DNA from: Candidatus Krumholzibacteriia bacterium
GTDB lineage: Bacteria > Krumholzibacteriota > Krumholzibacteriia > WVZY01
DNA length: 16,168 bases
NCBI GenBank assembly: GCA_036478295.1
Contig: JAZGDW010000002.1
Span: forward strand, 1-16,168
Direction of reading: 5' to 3'
Under the pieces are notes generated by a model. That model made no database searches. It had not been told where the DNA came from and was given only the letters and a program-made list of their open reading frames with translations. Shown piece after piece: positions 1-7,050 of the stretch. How positions within the stretch are numbered: the stretch's first letter is position 1; each line of letters starts with the position of its first letter. A program made the translations under genes and the position numbers.

Positions 1-84
1 CATCATCTTTGCCATCATGCTGCACGAGGCGAGGGCAAAAGTCGCCACCAGTATCGCAATCGGCAGTATTACCTTCTTCGACAT
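1..84 (-). CDS. 5' end of a lipoprotein (truncated by window edge)
   Basis: Reverse strand reads ATG at 84: MSKKVILPIAILVATFALASCSMMAKMM; basic N-terminus, hydrophobic core, lipobox LAS-C; AGAGGAG Shine-Dalgarno just upstream. Not in the ORF track. Confidence 0.8.
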   Translation of the reverse strand, partial: MSKKVILPIAILVATFALASCSMMAKMM

Positions 85-261
85 AATCTCTCCTCTTGCC
101 TGCGGGATTCAATAAATCGGGCGGGACCGCCGGGTGAACGGTATCAACAGGTGAGTGGCCCGGCCGAACCAGTATAGCAGTTTCGTCGCCCGTCCCGGCC
201 ATTCATTACAAAAAAACTTCTCTTCAACCAATTGCCTTAATTGAGGTTGTCCAAAACACGG

Positions 262-1467
262 CTAACGTGACGCCCGTGACTCGCGGGCGACCCGCTCGAC
301 CTCTCTCCACACCCGAAAGAGGTTGCCCGAGCACATCTTTTCGATGTCCCCTTCGCCATAGCCCCTCTCGAGGAGCGCGGCAATCAAGTTCGGATAATGG
401 GAAACGTCCTTCAGGCCCGTGGGGAGCGTGTCCCCCACACCGTCGAAATCCGACCCGAAACCCACGTGGTCCACCCCGACCAGCCGGACGACGTGATCGA
501 TATGGTCGGCGACATCTGAGATATCGGCAAACCCGTGGGGATTGTCTTCAAAGTACTTCGTACGCCAGGCCCTGGCCTCGGGACCCTCGGGGTCGAGGTC
601 GTTTTCACGGGCGTATTGCTCGGCCTTGTCCTTGCCGATATAGAACCTCCGCCGGCAATCCTCGTTGATGAAAGTCGAGCCGAAGTTTATCTGGATGACG
701 CCGCCGTTCTTGGCGAGCAGCTTGATCATTTCATCGTCCATGTTGCGCTCGAAACCCGGGGTGAAGTGGCGGCAAGAAGAGTGCGACGCGATGGCGGGCG
801 CCTTGGACAATCCCATGACCTGGTAGAACGCCTTGTCCGATACGTGTGAAATGTCGATCATGACACCGAGACGGTTCATTTCGGGCACCACCTTCTTGCC
901 GAAGGGGCTGAGCCCCCCCCAGGTCCCGCTGTCATCGTAGGAGGAATCACAGATGTGGTTGTCCTTCGAATGGGTCAGTGTGACGTAACGCACGCCTCTT
1001 CTGGCAAAGTACTCGAGGTTCCCCAGGTCCCCCTCGATCGGTGAGCCGTTTTCCATCCCCAACATCAGCGCGATCTTGCCGGCCTCAACCGCTTCCTTTG
1101 CTTCATCCACCGACGTCGCCATGGCGAACTTGGCGGGCCACCGCACCGCGAAACCCTCTACCAGGTCGATCAAGCTGTCCGCCAGAGCTTTCGAGCCGCC
1201 TTTTTCCTCCTGCTGCCACGGTGTGAAAATCGACATGAAGACCGCGTCGAGACCGCCCCGTTTCGCACGCGGATAGTCGAAATCTCCACCCTCGGTGGCC
1301 ACCGAGATGTCCTCCATTTTCTTCCACAGCCGGTAAGGCACATCGATGTGGGTGTCCGCGATGATGAAATCCTGGGCGAGGCGGGTCGCATGGGCCAGCC
1401 GCTCATCGCCCTGCTGGTCGCCAGGGCCGGAAAGCAACAGGAGGGCCACAAAAGGAATTACGCTCAT
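262..1467 (-). CDS. Membrane dipeptidase (peptidase family M19, amidohydrolase fold), probably exported
   Basis: Motifs DTHID, GMENG, LTH, DISHVS, IASHS, GFGSDFDG typical of M19; ATG at 1467 has an AGGGAG RBS and a hydrophobic N-terminus (ORF-track start 1494 less likely). Confidence 0.9.
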   Translation of the reverse strand: MSVIPFVALLLLSGPGDQQGDERLAHATRLAQDFIIADTHIDVPYRLWKKMEDISVATEGGDFDYPRAKRGGLDAVFMSIFTPWQQEEKGGSKALADSLIDLVEGFAVRWPAKFAMATSVDEAKEAVEAGKIALMLGMENGSPIEGDLGNLEYFARRGVRYVTLTHSKDNHICDSSYDDSGTWGGLSPFGKKVVPEMNRLGVMIDISHVSDKAFYQVMGLSKAPAIASHSSCRHFTPGFERNMDDEMIKLLAKNGGVIQINFGSTFINEDCRRRFYIGKDKAEQYARENDLDPEGPEARAWRTKYFEDNPHGFADISDVADHIDHVVRLVGVDHVGFGSDFDGVGDTLPTGLKDVSHYPNLIAALLERGYGEGDIEKMCSGNLFRVWREVERVARESRASR

Positions 1468-1540
1468 AAGGGTTCTCCCTGGTTCGTCAAACAACTACGG
1501 CAGTTGAGGCTGCGGTGCTTGACACACGCACGGCGCTCGA

Positions 1541-1948
1541 CTACGACAATTGCTTCTTGCAGTAATGACAGGAAGCATCTTTCTTGTGGGCGGGTTGGCT
1601 GCACTCCGGGCACTGGCGCATATCATCCATGGTGCCGATGATTTCCCGGGCGCGTGGGGCATCCGCCTCCCGCACCAGGATCCTCACCTCGGCCAGGCCG
1701 TCGATCGTGAAGCCATGAGTGAGACGTAGCGATTCGCCGCTGAACATCGAACTTATTCCGTTGCTTTCGAGGAGCGATCGGATCAGCTGGGCGTCCATCT
1801 CGCCGTGAGCATACCATACCTCCACCAGTGCGCCGTCACGCGTGTCCGGTGCGGGCTCTACGAGCTGTGCCACCAGATCGACCCCGCAATCCTCGCAGGT
1901 CTCCGTGCCCTCCAGGTATTCGCTCCGGCATTCGGGACAAAACGCCAT
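1541..1948 (-). CDS. DUF2007 (PII-like putative signal-transducing) protein flanked by two zinc ribbons
   Basis: ATG at 1948 with GGAGG RBS; N-terminal CPEC-x10-CEDC, central 'AQLIRSLLESNGI...VRILVREADAPRAREII' DUF2007-like core, C-terminal CPEC...CHYC. Upstream part of the 266-aa ORF is not protein-like. Confidence 0.8.
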   Translation of the reverse strand: MAFCPECRSEYLEGTETCEDCGVDLVAQLVEPAPDTRDGALVEVWYAHGEMDAQLIRSLLESNGISSMFSGESLRLTHGFTIDGLAEVRILVREADAPRAREIIGTMDDMRQCPECSQPAHKKDASCHYCKKQLS

Positions 1949-2119
1949 GCCGTACCTCCAGTTGTGACGGCGAAGTTGTAAGATGTTTCCGATAACAATC
2001 GGTGATTGGCGCATTATAGTGGATACGGTTCCCCGGCACCAGCCAAACCGACCGGTAGCCCGTGCTCTCTTGGGGACACCGGACATTTCTAAATGTGCTT
2101 TACAACCGACCGCGCTGTA

Positions 2120-2148
2120 TTGACTGGGTGGGGTACACGGTGTACACT
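2120..2148 (+). promoter_or_regulatory. Sigma70-like promoter for the CHRD gene, overlapped by a GTACAC-g-GTGTAC palindrome
   Basis: TTGACT (2120-2125) - 17 nt - TACACT (2143-2148); palindrome at 2133-2145. Confidence 0.55.
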
Positions 2149-2227
2149 TGTTGCAACGATGACCTGCGGAAAACGCCCGGTAGCCCGCTCGCCGGACCTG
2201 GTCGCGAACGTTGGGGGCCGTGCTCCA

Positions 2228-2716
2228 ATGATTTATCGATCCCTTGTCAAGATGGCTGCTGTCACCGCGCTCTTTGCGCTGGTCGCAGGCTTGCCGGCCG
2301 CCGCTGATACGACCTTCATCGCCATGCTCGACGGCGCCCAAAACGTACCCCCGCTACCCGTCCCGGGCTCCGGCTCCGCGATCCTCGTTTTAAATACGGC
2401 CCAGACCCAGTTGTCGTTCGATATCCGCTACCGCGACCTGATCGGCCAGGAGACGGACGCGCATTTCCACAACGCAGGGCCGCGGGATAACGGCCCCATC
2501 CATTTCGGACTGCCGCTGGGTACCTCCAAGATCGGTGTGTGGGACATTCCTTCGGGAATGGTTCCCGAGCTCTTCGCCGGACGCATTTATATCAACATTC
2601 ACACGGACGTCTATATAACCGGCGAGCTGAGAGGCAACATCCAGAACGCCGCGCCCGTCGAGAACACGACGTGGGGCAGAATCAAGCACCTGTTCTCGCT
2701 GGAATCGCGGCGTTGA
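2228..2716 (+). CDS. Secreted CHRD-domain protein with C-terminal TTWGRIK tail
   Basis: Signal peptide ending ...LPAAA-D; CHRD hallmarks LDGAQNVPP, GSGSA, AHFH, GPI, IYINIHT, GELRG; start at ATG 2228 (or 2252) because the promoter lies downstream of the ORF-track start. Confidence 0.85.
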   Translation: MIYRSLVKMAAVTALFALVAGLPAAADTTFIAMLDGAQNVPPLPVPGSGSAILVLNTAQTQLSFDIRYRDLIGQETDAHFHNAGPRDNGPIHFGLPLGTSKIGVWDIPSGMVPELFAGRIYINIHTDVYITGELRGNIQNAAPVENTTWGRIKHLFSLESRR

Positions 2717-2740
2717 TTGATCCGCCGTGGGTTGCGGGGG

Positions 2741-2791
2741 GGTGCCGGTTAGATTGTCTCGCTCGCCGTGCTCCACTTCGCTCGGCTACCC
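2741..2791 (-). repeat. Partial copy of an intergenic REP/MITE-like repeat
   Basis: Reverse complement of 2766-2791 (GGGTAGCCGAGCGAAGTGGAGCACGG) matches 5515-5540 at 25/26, followed at identical spacing by ACAATCYAAC in both copies. Confidence 0.8.
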
Positions 2792-2804
2792 GCCGCGTAG
2801 CTCA

Positions 2805-2813
2805 TGGTATACT
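2805..2813 (+). promoter_or_regulatory. Extended -10 element (TGGTATACT) for the DUF5916 gene
   Basis: TGnTATACT 35 nt upstream of ATG 2849; no recognisable -35. Confidence 0.35.
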
Positions 2814-2848
2814 GGGTGGGCTTACAGTGCTTCCGCCGGAAAGGGAAC

Positions 2849-5221
2849 ATGAGATTGAAAACCCAGAACGCACCTCGTTTTCTTTCTATAATAGTCGTTG
2901 TCTTAATCCATCTAGCCGTGCTCTCACCGTCGGCACCGTTCGCGCGGCCGGACGGTGGAGGTTACAACGACTCTTCGACCGGCGATCTCCCAAAATTCAC
3001 GCCCAACTCCACCCTCGATTTCATTATCCCCCGGATCACCTCGCGCCCGACGATCGACGGTAAGCTCGACGAGGTCATGTGGCAACGCGCCGCAAAGCTC
3101 ACCAATTTCGTGGAAGTCACCCCTGGGGACAACGTGGAGCCTGCCGTTCAAACCGACGTGTTGCTGGCGTATGACGATGAGAACATATATGTGGCGTTTG
3201 TCTGCCACGACGAGGACGTTGCGGGCATCCGCGCCACGGTGACCGACCGTGACAACATCGGCCGCGATGATTTCGCGGGGATCATGTTCGACACCTTCAA
3301 CGATCGCCAGAACAGCTACGAATTCTACGTCAACCCGTACGGCATCCAGTACGACCAGCGGCGGAGCAAGGGCGGTGGTGAGGACGACAGCTTCGACACC
3401 GTATGGCAATCGGCGGGCGAGATAAATTCGACGGGCTGGACGGCCGAGTTGGCCATCCCCTTTAGAAGCCTGCGCTTTCCAAATGTAGAGGAGCAAGAAT
3501 GGGGAGTCCACGCGCTGAGGATTCGCCCGCGGAGCAGCCGAGAGCAACACTCGTGGGCACCGCTATCGAGGGACGAGAGCTGTCTCTTCTGCCAGGCGGG
3601 CACGATGACCGGCATCACCGGAGTGAACTCGGGTCGAAAGCTCGAAATCCTGCCCTACGCGATCAGCGACCAGGTAGGACGAGCCCAGGACATCGACGAC
3701 CCGACCTCGGCGTTTCAGAACGACGACGCGAACGTCGACGGCGGCGTCGGCATAAAGTACGGCCTCACCACGAACCTCACACTCGACGGAACCATAAACC
3801 CCGACTTTAGCCAGGTGGAATCCGACGAGGCCCAGATTAGCTTGAATCTCACCTCCGCTATTTTTCTCGACGAGAAGCGGCCGTTCTTTCTCGAGGGCGC
3901 CGACATTTTTCGCTCGAAGGTCCGGACCGTTCACACGCGAACCCTGAACGACCCGAAAGCCGCCGGTAAGGTGACCGGCAAGGCGGGCAAATACACCGTG
4001 GGTTTTATATCCGCCCAGGATGACAACACCTCTTTTCCCGTGCCCTTCGAAGAGGGCAGCAGCCTGGTTTTTCCCGGCGAGTCCGTGTCGAACATTCTGC
4101 GGGTCAAGCGCGACGTCCTGGACGATTCGTTTGTAGGACTCATGGTCACCGACCGGCGATACACCGACGCCGGTGGTTCCGCCAGCAATTTCGGCATTGA
4201 CTACGATTTGAGATTGAAGGAAAAGTACCGTTTCAACGCCCAGGTCATGGGCAGCCATACGCGCGAGCCGAACAACCCGTCGCTGTCCGATGATTTCAAC
4301 GGTGACTCCTTCGGTCCCCGGGCGGACAACGATCGCTATACTTCGGACTTCGACGGGGAAAGTTTCTTTGGCCACGCCATCGCCGCCGACTTCAACCGGG
4401 AGGCGCGCCACTGGAATTTCGGTATCTATTATGAGGATAGCTCGCCGACATTCCGCGCGGACAACGGGTTCGTTTTTGCGAACAATTTCCGACTGGCCGG
4501 CATGTGGAACGAAATGACCTTTCAGCCCGACAACAGAATTCTCGACGTGGTCGAACCGGGCTTTAACATTGGCCGCGAGTTCAACTACGACGGCAAGTTC
4601 AAGGACGAATGGATCGAACCGCAGCTATTCATGAAATTCAAGAAGCAAACCCAGGTGTTTGCCAGCTATCTGTGGAGCCAGGAGGATTTCCGAGACGTGC
4701 ATATCAAGGGCATTCGCCGACTGTTCTTCGAAGTCGAAACGGACTTCACACGTTTTCTAACGGCCGAGGGATGGATCCGCCAGGGCCGCTCGATATTCAG
4801 GTCGGCTTCACCGTTTCTGGCCAGTTCGACCAGCATGAGGTTGAGGGCCGAACTCAAGCCCACGAGCCAGATCAAGTTCGATACCATCTACCTGATCATC
4901 AAGTTCGCCAAGCTGCCCGGGCGGCCCGGTGTGCCGCACGCCCAGCACAAGCAGTACAGCGTACGCAACAAGCTCACCTACCAGCTCAACAAGCGGCTCT
5001 TCCTGCGCCTGGTGGGCGAGTACCGCAAGGACTCGGGAGGCGGCGCTACCTACGATCTCGACCCGCTGATCAGCTACAAGATCAACCCCTTCACCGTATT
5101 CTTCGCCGGCTCCACGCACGATTTCCTCGACTACGAAGAACCGGGCTTCGCCGGTAACACTGGTTTCCGGCAGACCCAGCGCACGTTCTTCGTAAAGTTC
5201 CAGTATCTCTTTCGCGTATAG
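2849..5221 (+). CDS. CBM9-like/DUF5916 outer-membrane protein (N-terminal sugar-binding-like domain plus beta-barrel)
   Basis: Signal peptide; PTIDGKLDEVMW, WTAELAIPFRSLRF, NPDFSQVESD, EKRPFFLEG family motifs; amphipathic beta-strands and C-terminal FVKFQYLF; AAGGGA RBS before ATG 2849. Confidence 0.85.
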   Translation: MRLKTQNAPRFLSIIVVVLIHLAVLSPSAPFARPDGGGYNDSSTGDLPKFTPNSTLDFIIPRITSRPTIDGKLDEVMWQRAAKLTNFVEVTPGDNVEPAVQTDVLLAYDDENIYVAFVCHDEDVAGIRATVTDRDNIGRDDFAGIMFDTFNDRQNSYEFYVNPYGIQYDQRRSKGGGEDDSFDTVWQSAGEINSTGWTAELAIPFRSLRFPNVEEQEWGVHALRIRPRSSREQHSWAPLSRDESCLFCQAGTMTGITGVNSGRKLEILPYAISDQVGRAQDIDDPTSAFQNDDANVDGGVGIKYGLTTNLTLDGTINPDFSQVESDEAQISLNLTSAIFLDEKRPFFLEGADIFRSKVRTVHTRTLNDPKAAGKVTGKAGKYTVGFISAQDDNTSFPVPFEEGSSLVFPGESVSNILRVKRDVLDDSFVGLMVTDRRYTDAGGSASNFGIDYDLRLKEKYRFNAQVMGSHTREPNNPSLSDDFNGDSFGPRADNDRYTSDFDGESFFGHAIAADFNREARHWNFGIYYEDSSPTFRADNGFVFANNFRLAGMWNEMTFQPDNRILDVVEPGFNIGREFNYDGKFKDEWIEPQLFMKFKKQTQVFASYLWSQEDFRDVHIKGIRRLFFEVETDFTRFLTAEGWIRQGRSIFRSASPFLASSTSMRLRAELKPTSQIKFDTIYLIIKFAKLPGRPGVPHAQHKQYSVRNKLTYQLNKRLFLRLVGEYRKDSGGGATYDLDPLISYKINPFTVFFAGSTHDFLDYEEPGFAGNTGFRQTQRTFFVKFQYLFRV

Positions 5222-5263
5222 GCCGTCGCGGCCCTGCGCACGCGAACAACCTGTCCCAATAAT

Positions 5264-5317
5264 TGACAGCATACTGTCACAGTGACAGTATGCTACCATA
5301 ATGACAGCATGCTGTCA
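5264..5317. promoter_or_regulatory. Three tandem 16-bp palindromes TGACAG-N4-CTGTCA, 19-bp period (operator-like array)
   Basis: TGACAGCATACTGTCA (5264-5279), TGACAGTATGCTACCA (5283-5298), TGACAGCATGCTGTCA (5302-5317, perfect palindrome). Confidence 0.7.
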
Positions 5318-5401
5318 TGTTGTGGTTCTGCTCGTGTGCTTTGTGAAAGGCGGTGCGGTGGGCTGGGTGTTCTAAAGCGAGTTCCAGAGTGGCGGAGCGT
5401 C

Positions 5402-5497
5402 GTTGGGTTGGTGACGGAGCCGTTGCGGGAACGAGCGAGTTACGTAGGAGCGGTGGACTGTTGGATTGTTGACGGACCCGTCGCGGGAACGAGCGAG
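5402..5497 (+). repeat. Imperfect 38-bp direct repeat, 58-bp period
   Basis: 5402-5439 vs 5460-5497 identical at 34/38 positions. Confidence 0.85.
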
Positions 5498-5568
5498 GAT
5501 CACCCCGCGCAGCGGGGTAGCCGAGCGAAGTGGAGCGCGGGTCAGGAAACAATCCAACAGCCCACCGC
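5450..5568. repeat. About 120-bp REP/MITE-like element with 21-bp terminal inverted repeats; long hairpin just downstream of the ALDH gene
   Basis: GCGGTGGACTGTTGGATTGTT (5450-5470) pairs with AACAATCCAACAGCCCACCGC (5548-5568) at 20/21; internal hairpin ACCCCGC-gca-GCGGGGT (5502-5518). Confidence 0.8.
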
Positions 5569-5574
5569 CCGAAG

Positions 5575-7023
5575 CTACCGCAGACTCACCCACACCGACT
5601 TCGTCTCCAGAAAATGCTCCAACCCCTCCCGACCCAACTCGCGCCCGAAGCCGCTCTCCTTGCGCCCCCCGAAGGGAGACGCCGGATGAAACAGGTTGTA
5701 CGTGTTGATCCACACCGTTCCGGCCTCGAGTGCCGCCGCCACACGGTGCGCCCGCGCGGGATCCTGGGTCCACACGCCGGCGGCCAGTCCGTAGCAGTTC
5801 GTGTTCGCCCACTCCACCACCTCTTCCTCTTCGTCGAAGGGCAGCACGCAGAGGACGGGTCCAAAGATCTCGTCCCTGGCGACGCTCATCTCGTTGTTCA
5901 CCCCGGTAAGCACCGTGGGCTCCACGTAGTAACCCTTGCCTCCGACCGTGGTCGCGTTACCACCGGTGTAGACGTTCGCGCCTTCACTTTTACCCTTGTC
6001 GACGGCCGCGACGATGCCGTCGCGTTGGGACTCCGACACCTGCGGGCCGAGGCGGGTCTTGTCATCCAGCGGATCGCCGGGAACGTACTTGGCCATCTTC
6101 TGGGTGAGCACATCGAGAAACTGGTCGTGCACGGACTTGTGCACGAAGAGTCTCGAGCCTGCCGTACACACCTCTCCTTTATTATAGAAGATGCCGCCAC
6201 AGGCGCCGCTGGCGGCATAGTCGAGCTTCGCATCCGAAAAAACGATGTTCGGAGACTTGCCGCCCAGTTCCAGCGACACCCGCTTGATGGTGCTAGCCGC
6301 TCCGCGCATGATGGCGCGTCCCGTCTCCGTCGAGCCGGTAAAGGCGATCTTGTCAATATTCGCAGACTCGAGCATGGCTTTTCCAATGACCGAACCCTTG
6401 CCCGGCACAACGTTGACCACCCCGGGCGGAAAACCCGCTTCGAGACAGAGCGCCCCGAGCTTGAGCGCGGTCAGCGGCGTGTACTCGGCCGGCTTGATCA
6501 CGGCGGTGCAGCCCGCCGCCAGCGCCGGCGCGAGCTTGTAACACGTAAGGAGCAGCGGAAAATTCCACGGCACGATCATCCCCACGACACCGACCGGCTC
6601 CTTCAGCGTGTAATTCAGCAGCCCGGGCTGCACGGGAATGCTCTCGCCCTGGATCTTGTCCGCCCAGCCGGCGTAGTAGCGGAACACCTCGACGACGAAC
6701 GGCATGTCGATCTTGCGCGACTCGAAGATGGGCTTGCCCTGGTTGATCGTCTCCAGGCGGGCGATCTCGTCGGCGTCGCGCTCGAGCAGGTCGGCGAGCT
6801 TCCACAGCGCTTTGCACCGGCCCGTACCGCCCATTTTCCGCCACGCCTTCGAGCGGAACGCCGCACGGGCCGCCTCTGCCGCTGCTTCCACGTCGGCGGC
6901 CGAGCCTTCGGCCACTTGACACAACACTTCCTCGGTGGCGGGGTTGACAATCGCGTGCGTGGCGCCGCCGTCCGCATCACGCCATTCGCCGTTAATCAGC
7001 AGTTTGGTGTGCTCGATGGTCAT
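5575..7023 (-). CDS. NAD(P)+-dependent aldehyde dehydrogenase (family 1/2-like), last gene of the box cluster
   Basis: PWNFP, KPAE, FTGSTETG, catalytic Glu in LELGGKSP, catalytic Cys in GEVCTAGSR, EIFGPV, PFGGRKESG; AGGAG RBS. Confidence 0.95.
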   Translation of the reverse strand: MTIEHTKLLINGEWRDADGGATHAIVNPATEEVLCQVAEGSAADVEAAAEAARAAFRSKAWRKMGGTGRCKALWKLADLLERDADEIARLETINQGKPIFESRKIDMPFVVEVFRYYAGWADKIQGESIPVQPGLLNYTLKEPVGVVGMIVPWNFPLLLTCYKLAPALAAGCTAVIKPAEYTPLTALKLGALCLEAGFPPGVVNVVPGKGSVIGKAMLESANIDKIAFTGSTETGRAIMRGAASTIKRVSLELGGKSPNIVFSDAKLDYAASGACGGIFYNKGEVCTAGSRLFVHKSVHDQFLDVLTQKMAKYVPGDPLDDKTRLGPQVSESQRDGIVAAVDKGKSEGANVYTGGNATTVGGKGYYVEPTVLTGVNNEMSVARDEIFGPVLCVLPFDEEEEVVEWANTNCYGLAAGVWTQDPARAHRVAAALEAGTVWINTYNLFHPASPFGGRKESGFGRELGREGLEHFLETKSVWVSLR

Positions 7024-7050
7024 GTGACTCCTGGTGGTTTGTGGGAAAGT

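Noticed and set aside
1949..2341. Long N-terminal extensions of the DUF2007 and CHRD ORFs
   Set aside because: They overlap each other and promoter elements; better starts exist at 1948 and 2228.
5301..5375. 24-aa hydrophobic ORF (MTACCHVVVLLVCFVKGGAVGWVF) as a type I toxin
   Set aside because: Starts inside the third palindrome with no RBS; only a leaderless transcript could explain it, and there is no supporting evidence.
5264..5497. Possible CRISPR array or parS sites
   Set aside because: Spacers of 3 nt and 20 nt, only 2-3 degenerate copies, no cas genes; palindrome does not match the parS consensus.
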